This document shows, in pieces, positions 53,211 through 64,000 of a stretch of 64,000 bases of DNA (position 1 is the stretch's first letter; every line of letters begins with the position of its first letter). The notes under the pieces were generated by a model that did no database searches, was not told the origin of the DNA, and saw only the letters and a list, made by a program, of their open reading frames with translations. The stretch is taken from NCBI RefSeq assembly GCF_006345805.1, contig NC_043010.1, positions 1,674,001-1,738,000 of the forward strand, read 5' to 3'. The translations under genes were made by a program, and so were the position numbers. The DNA is from Octopus sinensis. Its lineage: Eukaryota.

Positions 53211-53387
53211 TCCTAATCCCTTGCTGATTTCATATGAGGAATAGCAAAGTAACTACTGGTCCTTGATTAAAGCTGTGTCAGTTTGTCAACGAAGGATTGA
53301 TTTGCTAAGATGAAAGACAATTGCTGATCATTTATCAAAGGTATCTTCTTTTAACTTTTTATCCTTTATTTGTTTCATTCGTTAGAT

Positions 53388-53746
53388 CAGGGATTCTCCG
53401 CCATTTTTTTTATTTATGGACCCTTATTTTATACTAGTGGGCCCCCTTATCCATTCGATGCTTAAAAACTAGTTTATAGAAAATTCTTTCAAAATTCCTA
53501 TTTCGTTTGTTACACATTCACTTGTGTAGGTTGAACTATGTAAAACGTTAGAGCAAAAAAAAAAAACAAAAAAAAAAGAACGAGCGGTTTCACGCAATGC
53601 ATACCAGAACATACAAATAAAGCAGACATTTTCAGATGGCCTTAAAATACTATTGGGGATCTTCAATTTACTGTTTTGTTGCGTGGGCCCCCCAAAATCG
53701 TATACAGGCCCTTAGGAGCCATGTGAATCCCGATTGAGAACCACTG
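53388..53746 (+). mobile_element. hAT-like MITE, copy in tandem unit 2
   Basis: CAGGGATTCTC...GAGAACCACTG; 8-bp TSD cgttagat/cattagat. Confidence 0.8.
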
Positions 53747-54241
53747 CATTAGATGAAGCAGATGTGGTTACCAAAGATGCTTCAACCTGAAATATATATA
53801 TTTTTTAATGTCTAAGACTACATTATTCATTGTTTTCTTCGTTCTTGTCATACGACAAAAATATAGTTGGACGGGAACTAGGATCTGAAGGATGTTTAGC
53901 TGTAATTTCTAGCATATCCAGCGACGGCATAGAAGCTTTACTCGTTGTCCCATATATCCAACAGTCACACAGCAAGATTAACTGAGGCAACTCCTATTCA
54001 GGATACACACGTGTACACACATACACACACATAGACTCACATACATAAAAATTCCTTAGATGAACACAAATATGCTAGCACAAGATTATCATAATTATTT
54101 TCAAGCAATTTAATGGTTAAAAAGACATTTACTGACGGCGACGTTAAATACAGATAACGCTGTCAAGCGAAATTGAAGTCCAAAACAAAACGATTTTCAT
54201 TACTCACACACATAAACACACATTATATAAGCAAATAAATG

Positions 54242-54280
<39 letters not shown>

Positions 54281-54340
54281 ACATGTATGTATGTATGTAT
54301 GTATGTATGTACGTATGTATGTACATACACACACACACAC

Positions 54341-54372
<32 letters not shown>

Positions 54373-54397
54373 ACATATATATATATATGCATATGTA

Positions 54398-55865
54398 CAG
54401 CCTTGGCCAAAAGTATTAGGCCACCCCAATGTTTTGGTGTTCTTCTAGCTCAATGTTAATGAAACTCGTGCATATAGTAGATTATGGAATATTTCACAAT
54501 ATGCATTAGTTTTAATATCTGGTTGACTCTCCGCTTTTATACTGTACATATGCAACCAATTATGAGTTAGACCAACGTCCAAAATTAACTTATGTTTCCT
54601 TGATTATTTCAGAGTTTTATGCTAAAATACTTTGTAGATACAGTTAATAAACAGTAAAATACTTAAAACAAGGGGGTTGAGTGAGAGTGAGCGAGGTCAA
54701 ATCGTAGCTGATCATGAAGATGGAATGTCTCAAAGGCAAATTGTTCAGAACAAACGACTCTTAAGCACTTTAGAGAGACAAAAGATGTGAAGACAATACA
54801 AAGAACAGGCAGAAAAAAGTTACATCATTTAGTGATGATTGATCCATCATCCGTCAGTCGCCCCAAAACAAAAGAAAAAAACATCGTCGGAGATCTGTGC
54901 GAACTCCAACAAGGCAAATTCTTCATAATATCAACCAGAACTGTTAGAAGAAGCCTTGTATAGCACGGTCTGAAATGCTGTAAAGCTAGGAAGAAGCTGA
55001 GGGTTTCTGAAGCGAATATGGAAAAACGTCTTCTGTGGGCCAAAAACCACTCAAATTGGACCAGTGAGCAATGGTCAAAGGTCATATGGTCGGATGAAAG
55101 TAACTATGAGGTAAGATAGTACATGTATTCAACCAACATATAAACTTAATGTAACTGGTTTGTTGCCCAAAATATATAAAGAAGTATCCAGCATAAAGCT
55201 AATATTATTTTGCATGTTTTTAGTGAGGTTTTCGGTACATCTGGTGCAACTTTCATGCGTCGCAGACTTAGGGAAGCATCAAAGGCTGAATGTCTGATAC
55301 CAACCGTAAAACATGGGAGTGGTTCTAACATGGTGTGGGCTTGAATGTCTGCCACAAGATCTGTAGAAATGTTTTTATGTCAGGGACGGATAAATTCAGT
55401 TATTTATGCTTCTATGTTATCAGATGTTTTAGAGCCATCAATTGCTAAATTGCATCCAGGAGTGCTCCATGTCATACAGCAAAGAATACTCATCAATGGT
55501 TTGAGACACAGTGTATTGTTCCCACGGACTGTCCAGCTTAAAGTCCCGTTCTAAATCCGATTGCACACCTATGGAGAAGTCTTGGTGAAGTTGTCAGGAA
55601 CACAAAAATTGAAACTAAAGAGCAGTTGTACCAAACTTTAAGAGAAGAATGGAGTAAAATTGCACCCAGCACCCGCAACAAAATTCTTGATTCAATGCCT
55701 AACTGTATTAAAGCGGTACCTAATGCTAAATTAGGGTCAACCAGATATTAAAATTTATGTATATTGTGAAATATACCATAATCTACCATGTGCACGAGTT
55801 TCATTAACATTGAGATAGCAGAACCTCAAAACATTGGGGTGGCCTAATACTTTTGGCCAAACCTG
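54398..55865 (+). mobile_element. full-length Tc1-like transposon (decayed), about 130-bp TIRs, TA TSD, intron-interrupted transposase
   Basis: TIRs cagccttggccaaaagtattaggccacccc / ggggtggcctaatacttttggccaaacctg; protein remnants GLSESERGQIV, KVIWSDESNYE, PTVKHGSGSNMVW, SPVLNPIAHLW, DSMPNCIKAV...STRY*. Confidence 0.92.
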
Positions 55866-55876
55866 TATATACATAC

Positions 55877-55908
<32 letters not shown>

Positions 55909-55922
55909 TATATATATATATA

Positions 55923-55974
<52 letters not shown>

Positions 55975-56242
55975 TACATATGCATATACACATATATAGA
56001 AATATTATTATTTCTAAGTCTCTCTAAAGGAGACTACGGCAGCGGTACTGGATATTAACAGTTATTGCCAAGCTAATATGGCAGTTCATAAATATAGGAA
56101 GAAAGCTGCCGTTGATTAGCTGTTTTAGTTTTTAACCCTGACCGGTAATGTACCCCTGAAACGGCCGTAGATGGAACACCCTCTTATTTTTCGTATCCTT
56201 TTCATTTACTGTTCTTAACCTTGATGTCTTGTGTCATTTGTA

Positions 56243-56522
56243 TGTCATATCATAGATGTATTAGAAATTTTAGACGATTTCGACGGTCTGCCATTTTGAA
56301 GACTGACATTTTTGTTGCTATCGTTATCAACCCTTCCTTTGTTTTCTGCCTCCTATATTTATCCCGCGTAACTCTTTACATGTAATCCTTATTTATGTGA
56401 TTTTATATGTATTTTTATAAATTTTTATATGCTTTTATATCTCTCCTATATTTTTATGTATGTTTGCTTTTATTCTTTATGCACTTGGAGTATCTTTACG
56501 CCTATACATGCATGATTTATGT

Positions 56523-56565
<43 letters not shown>

Positions 56566-56824
56566 GATTCAATTACATCGATTGATTATCTTCATTTATG
56601 CGTTTGGGAATTTGGTTGATTGCTTAGGATTTGCATTTTCATTTTCCTTTACTTTGTATTATTTACGTATGTAAAGAGTTACGTATGTAAAGAGTTACGC
56701 GGGATAAAATATAGGAGGCACAAAACAAATGAAGGGTTGATAACTATAGCAATAAAAATGTCAGTCTTCAAAATGGCAGACCGTCTAAATCGTCTAAAAT
56801 TTCTAATACATTTATAATATGACA
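56243..56824. mobile_element. foldback element, about 140-bp inverted arms and about 300-bp T-rich spacer
   Basis: 56243-56381 is an approximate reverse complement of 56685-56824. Confidence 0.85.
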
Positions 56825-56887
56825 GCATTTTCAAACTTCATTTTTTACAAATATATATATATATATATTATTTACATATGTATACAT

Positions 56888-56922
<35 letters not shown>

Positions 56923-57026
56923 GATTAGTGACAGGTGTTCTCTATATAGAATACACTTCGAAATGCTCAAGAGATATGATCTTGAACAGGTAGGGGAGTA
57001 ATTGTAATGACAAGCAACTTAGGCAA

Positions 57027-57566
<540 letters not shown>

Positions 57567-58746
57567 TATATATATATAGAGGGTGCGATGAGTAAATTGT
57601 CACCATTTTATATTTTTGATTTTGAATCGTTGACGTTCATATATGTTATGTGTGACGTTTTGAATATATTAATTAAAGGTACACCAAGCAGAGAATATTA
57701 AAATAATGCTGTGTACATTTACATTTAGCACTTCCATATACATTCAAATGGAAAAAAGCCCTTCACTCCGTTAATAAGCGGTAACTGTTTCGAAAGGGAA
57801 ATTCTTCTTGTAGACAACAAATATGATAACACGATGTGCTAGCCTGTCAATGACGTCACTGGACAATAGTGCCAGTGTTTGACGAAGAAGCACGAAGGAT
57901 ATAAGCAAGATTTCTATTCCAAGACAGTTCCTGCAGCGAAGATCTTTCCACTTTTGAATGAACAGGAAAGCATTACATTAGTTTTCTGCACGTTAGATTC
58001 AGCCTTTTGATATGGTTTGCAACATTCAGGAATTCTAAATCTTGCCTTTTTAATAAGTTGAAGTTCACTTCGGTGTTATCAAGTTTGTTAATTTGAGGAA
58101 GATCGTACTTGTTGTATAGCTAAAATTTATAGTTGTCAATAACTATGATATATATGCAGGTGGTACCTTTATTGGAGAAACTTTTTATCTAACTCATTCT
58201 TCTCACTGCATTTCCCTTCAAGACATTTGTACAGCAAAATATTAAAAAGAAACAAGAATTTGATATCATAAGATGCTTAATCTCCCATCATAACTATAAC
58301 TTCAGAAACATACACAACCCCAAAAGCCAGAAGCAACTGAAAATAATTGTCATTCTTCCCATTTAGACAAAAAAAATCCATCGAAGGTTTTCGTATATAC
58401 AGCAACAGTAACAGTAGATGGTAAGATGACCTATACAAGGATTACATGGAACACCTTTAAAACTTGATATAACCCTAAACCTAACTCATTCAGAGTCATT
58501 GACAATGTATGTCCACACTACTGTTCTGATACATCCAGAAACTGAAAAGCAGAGGAATCAACCGAATCCCATTAAAAAAAAAAAAACGAAAATCATTGTG
58601 AAATAGAACACACAAAGATTTAGAGAGAAATACCACGTAAAAAACGCTACTCAAAGTAAACCGAAGAGATGAGAGATTCCCTGCGTATATAACCACTGGA
58701 AAAATACCACCGAGGTAATTAAAAGACCAGGAAATCTCTTTTTATC

Positions 58747-58809
<63 letters not shown>

Positions 58810-59689
58810 AATAATAAAATCAAAATAAACACATTAGAATAGCATCTCTTTGAAACAAAGAAGGACAAGTTATGTAGGGCTAAAACAAATAAGCCAATGG
58901 AGTAATTTCCCCGGAGACACCAGGATAAACAACCAGCAAATCACATGAACCGAAGTGTTCAAAACAGAACTAAAATAACGTGTGTTTCGTCGTGTAGTAT
59001 CTTCTGGTACAGCGAATCCATTGCGTCGTTTCCTGTCGTCTGAAAGAGTGCATGTAACGAAAATAGCAAGTATAGAGGGTGTAAATGATCAGCTTCAAAT
59101 AAATCCCTTCCATTATTACCCTTCGCCAACATAAAGATTATGAATATGGAACAAAAGTCATTGTGAGTGCTAATTTATCATAGCACTCAACATCGTATTT
59201 TAAAATGTTAAATACTATAGAAAGCAGAGAGAACTCAGGCTACTGTCGTGATGGAGAGCATAATTTGCATTTTGTGCCATAGATGATTCAGTAAGTAAAC
59301 AATAACTATTGTATAAACAACGCAGCTTAAATACGAAAGACTGAAATAAATATAAACTTTGCAAAGCTTCACTGTCGGTGAAATAAAAATGCGAAGACAT
59401 TATTTGCTTGCTACTGCTGTCAGAAAAAAAAAAGGCAGGGAGTCTCATGATGGACCGTTCCACGGTGATGAAACAGCTCCTCAGAGAATAACTACTCTGC
59501 AAGCAAAAGCATATTTGGACTTTTAATGGCTCATCATTTATCGAACAATATTTTTTAATGTAACTCAGAAGAACTCAATGTATGCGTATGTTGTGATATG
59601 TTGAAATGTGTGGAAACGACTGGAGGTCCCTTCAGAACCCAGTTTAACAACCACATGTCCTTCTTCAATATCCAGGACAGGCAAAACGA

Positions 59690-60210
59690 TTTGGTCGGCC
59701 TTCGGAGGCTTTCGTAGGAAAACCATGTGACTGAGAGACAAACTTCTTACCACACAGCTACTATAATCTTATACGTATCTTTTATCTTGTTTCAGTCATT
59801 AGATAGTGGCCAAGCTGGGGCACCATATTGAAGAATTTTTAATGGAATGACTCGACCCCAGTACTATTCTTCTTAAGCATGGTACTTATTTTTTGGGGTC
59901 CCTTTTGCAGAACTAACTGATAAGTTACGGTGATGTAAACACACCAATATCATTTGTCAAGGGGTACAAACATAGACACACACACACAAATACACACATA
60001 CACACACATTCACACACTCACACACACACAAACATTCATACAAAAGACGTGCTTCGGGTTTCTTACAGTTTCCCTCTACCAAATCCACTCACAAGGCTTT
60101 GGTTGGCCCAAGGTTACCGTAGAAGACACTTGCCCAAGGAGGCACTGCGTAGGACTGAAACCGGAACCATGTGACCGGGAAGCAAGCTTCTTACCACCCA
60201 TTCATGGCTG
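59690..60210 (-). mobile_element. SINE family C head fragment (59690-59760) and full copy (59783-60210)
   Basis: Head and tail motifs as in the other C copies. Confidence 0.75.
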
Positions 60211-60249
60211 TGTGTATATATATACTATATATATCATATAATTTATATA

Positions 60250-60318
<69 letters not shown>

Positions 60319-62574
60319 ATATATGTATGTATGTATGCATATATGTATGTATATATATATATAATATAATATATATATATATATATGGCTACTACTTTAT
60401 TTAAGGTATATAATAGGTAACTTTATAAATAAAGGATTATTGACCAGATTGTGCACATATAGATTTACATATCAGTGTGTATGTGCATGTGTGAGTGACT
60501 ATGTGTATATATGTGTATGTGTATATCTGTCTGTATGTATATAAGCGATGTATGCATATGTATACGTATACAGGTAATTTGGGACATTAAGAAGAACAGA
60601 GAGAAGAACAGATATAATTTATTGCAAGCCGAATCGTTACAATTCATTAGTGCGAGTTTCTTGTTGCTGTGTATCAGGCGATTGCGAAAAATGAAACATA
60701 GAAATTGGTATATAAGGAAAAAATGATGTAAAACTGCTTGCACATTATACTGTACGTATGTTGGTTGACTTAGAATAGAAAGGAAATTATTATTGGCTGA
60801 CAAGATAACTGTTTTTTGGTTTTTGGTTTTTTAATAGGAGTGGTGAACTTAAGAAAATATGATTTACAGAACAATTCTGAAGGTATCAGTTAAGTTAGAT
60901 AAGTAGCTTCTGGGGATTATCGAAAGTGGAGATGCGAAATATAAAATAAGTATTGAGCACTTTTACCATTTTGATGTGTCAGCTGTTTTGAAATACGTAG
61001 TTGCGAAGTAAAACTTTCCAAGCCTGCTCGCAGAAATTAAATATCTCTGAGCGTTCACTCAATCAGTTATTATTTTTACATTATATAAATAATTTCGTAT
61101 TTAAACAGAGCAAACTGCGTAGTTTTCAACAGAAATTGCTATAGACATGTAAAATAGCAAAACTGGGAATAGAACCGAATTTTTACCACTATTAATTCTG
61201 TTTCTTTTAAAATTAAAATATATTCGGAGGGGATCGTGACAAATTATTTTCAGGATTCTTAAATATATGAGTATGCAACTAAATACGAACCTGAAAGCAA
61301 TTTTTGGTGATGCCAGTATAATTTCTGGAAGCATTGATATTTTCGGTTTGGATTTTAGCAGAATATATTAGAAAAATAATTAGTGTTAAGATGACATTTA
61401 TTCGAAGAGATACAGTCACATGTTGGAAAGAAGCTATGTTTTTGTTATGTTGCTGTTGTTGTTAAAATGGTTATGGAACTAACAATAATTTAACAAGAAT
61501 TACTAAATTTAATTGTAGTTTTGGTAAAGAGCTTATGGTATCTGTAATTTCACAGAAAAATCAAAAGAATTTAAGTTACAGAAGTCTCTGACGTTATGTG
61601 TACGGACATTTAAACTAGAAATTAGATTGTATTACAAAATGTATTCGATTTTACGCTTGGGAACATTTATATTGGACATGTATTGCATTGGTTAAGCTAC
61701 TGTTATGAAGTACCTCATTGTAATAATCAGAAATATTAATGAATGTTTTCTAGTCTGAAGATCAGGAAGATAAGACTTTAACAATGTTCAGGACTGAATT
61801 TCTGAGAACAACGTGAACTGGTATAATCTGTCTGTATGTAGAATCTATTCATCTCTTGTCTAAATTTACAACGGTATCCAGAAAATTAACTGCTTTGATT
61901 TTAATGTTAACTGTTATCCTTAAATGTACTTTGCTGTATAATTCAATGAGGCGTTTTTCTAACCGTGCCGGTCAGATGATATATTATCATTCTTGCTCCG
62001 TGAGACTATCGAACCGTCGTCTCATGGTAAGATGATATATATTTTATACAAAAGTTCCAAAATATAGATTCAATAATTTTGCTTAAGACGTCTCCAACGC
62101 AGGATACCCTCGTGACAACAAACAATTCGTTTCCATTTTTAACACAAAAAAAGTTAACGAAAAACAGAAAAGATTCCATTACATGCATAATGATATGAAA
62201 TTCACTTATTGGTATCATGTTCTTGGCATCAATTAAGGCTTAAAGAAGAATGGATTTATTTACAGAAAGACAGAATTCTATAATTCTGCTGTTAGCCATT
62301 AAAACTGCTAGAACTTTTTAATAGAGACGAACTGTTGTTTTATAACAGAAAAGAAATTATCAAAGAGTATTTTGAGATGAAGCATTGTGGGATATTAAGA
62401 TAGTAAAACACTTATTAGGGCCGAAACAGTGGAAAATAAAATAGATATGTGAAAACAGAACAATGGTTGAAGTGTTACCTTGTAGTTTTTCAATATTCAA
62501 GTGTTAGAACTAGTTAATCAGGATAGACATAGAGAAATGGGAAATGGAATAAAACGGTTAATGTGAGAGAGGCT

Positions 62575-62695
62575 CGTGACATGCGCAGACTGGTGTTGTT
62601 ATAATGGTCAGTTTGCTTCGTGTAGTTCTTGTTAGTTGTTTAGTGCTGGTTTCAGCTTGTTAATTATCATAGCATCCTTGATGCTTTTAAATATA
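62575..62695 (-). pseudogene. possible Penelope GIY-YIG C-terminal remnant
   Basis: Reads FKSIKDAMIINKLKPALK, resembling the KEAxxIxxxKPxLN motif; weak. Confidence 0.3.
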
Positions 62696-62736
62696 ATATA
62701 GAGCTTGTTTACTATTATCCTGTTGTTAGCCTATAC

Positions 62737-62984
62737 TCTTTTACTTGTTTCAGTAATTTGACTGCGGCCATGCTGGAGCATCGCCTTTAGACGAGCAAAT
62801 CGACCCCGGGACTTATTCTTTGTAAGCCCAGTACTTATTCTATCGGTCTCTTTTGCCGAACCGCTAAGTGACGGGGATGTAAACACACCAGCATCGGTTG
62901 TCAAGCAATGCTAGAGGGACAAACACAGACACATAACATACACACACACACACACAAACACACCACATAATAATATATATACAT

Positions 62985-63038
<54 letters not shown>

Positions 63039-63140
63039 TACGACAGGCTTCTTTCAGTTTCCGTCTACCAAATCCACTCACAAGGCTTTGGTCGGCCCGA
63101 GGCTATAGCAGAAGACACTTGCCAACATGCCACGCAGTTG
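62737..63140 (-). mobile_element. SINE family C, near full length
   Basis: Tail actcttttacttgtttcag through head ...gaagacacttgcc. Confidence 0.88.
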
Positions 63141-63156
63141 AAATTGCATTGTAGAC

Positions 63157-63320
63157 GCAGGCATGGTTGAGTAGTTAAGAAGCTCGTTTTGCAGTCACGT
63201 GATTCCAGGTTCAGTCCCACTGCGCGGTACCTTGCGCAAGTGTCTTCTACAACAGACCCGGGCCGACCAATTCCTAGTAAAAACTTTTATAAACAGAAAC
63301 TGTTTTGAAGCCTGTCGTGT
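63157..63320 (+). mobile_element. SINE family C head, inverted relative to its neighbour
   Basis: ccaggttcagtcccactgcg...gcaagtgtcttctac...gggccgaccaa. Confidence 0.75.
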
Positions 63321-63440
63321 GTGTATATATATATATATATATAATTACTCCAAACATGAACAAAGAGAAAACACAACAACGCGAGGACGTAAAACAAGTA
63401 TAGTGTTATTGGACGCCCAGGAAGGAAAGAAAGAAGGAGG

Positions 63441-63475
63441 ATTTAACGTTTCGAGCGGAGCTCTTCGTCAGAAAC
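63441..63475 (-). other. minimal hammerhead-like motif (Penelope-type)
   Basis: guuu-CUGACGA-A-GAGC ucc GCUC-GAA-ACGU-U-aaau; intact core, 4-bp helix II, palindromic ACGU, short helix I. Confidence 0.55.
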
Positions 63476-63553
63476 ATAGAAAAAAGAAAGATCCAAGGAA
63501 GGGAAGACGGAGAAAGAAAATCGCCAACGATACACACGCGGTCACATATTGAA

Positions 63554-63625
<72 letters not shown>

Positions 63626-63638
63626 TATATATATACGC

Positions 63639-63685
<47 letters not shown>

Positions 63686-63716
63686 GTATATATATGTATA
63701 TGTATATATATATACG

Positions 63717-63758
<42 letters not shown>

Positions 63759-63796
63759 TATACGAGTGTGCGTTTGATTTTTTGTGTTAGACCTCA

Positions 63797-63890
63797 CCAT
63801 CACTTGATAACCGATACTGGTTTGTTTTCATTAACATATGTAACATACCAATTCGGCAAAGGAGATCGACAGAATAAGTACTAGACTGAA
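63797..63890 (+). mobile_element. SINE family C tail fragment
   Basis: cttgataaccgatactgg...ttcggcaaaggagatcgacagaataagtactag. Confidence 0.6.
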
Positions 63891-64000
63891 AGAAGGAATA
63901 GCAGCTAAATCTTTCTCCAATCCCATTGCAGACGTCATAATGAAGGACAAATTGAATAGTGTAGGCTTAGATACACTATCCAACGTGTCACTATCCAAGA

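Noticed and set aside
57579-58100. Possible mariner/maT TIR (GAGGGTGCGATGAG) and downstream ORF fragments
   Set aside because: No partner TIR and no catalytic motifs.

Overview
Eukaryotic, AT-rich, microsatellite-saturated genomic DNA. The repeat spectrum suggests a coleoid cephalopod, probably Octopus (inference, no database search). Nearly all ORFs in the supplied track are simple-repeat artefacts. Transposon content: several tRNA-derived SINE families, decayed mariner, Tc1 and Merlin-type transposons, two non-autonomous Helitron-like elements, hAT- and piggyBac-like MITEs and an RTE relic. A few phase-compatible minus-strand exons (about 52.5, 52.0 and 41.1 kb) encode a tyrosine-motif-rich, probably cytoplasmic protein segment. 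The most striking unexplained structure is a set of type I hammerhead ribozyme motifs. Two have a complete core and all three helices (33101-33159 +, 18928-19012 -). A third sits in the loop of a 135-bp foldback (27084-27142 +), and about eight further decayed minimal motifs resemble Penelope/retrozyme termini. Also notable: an intron-interrupted Tc1 transposase, three long foldback elements, a Merlin TIR carrying a perfect RFX X-box, and SINEs with shuffled modules and head-to-tail multimers.
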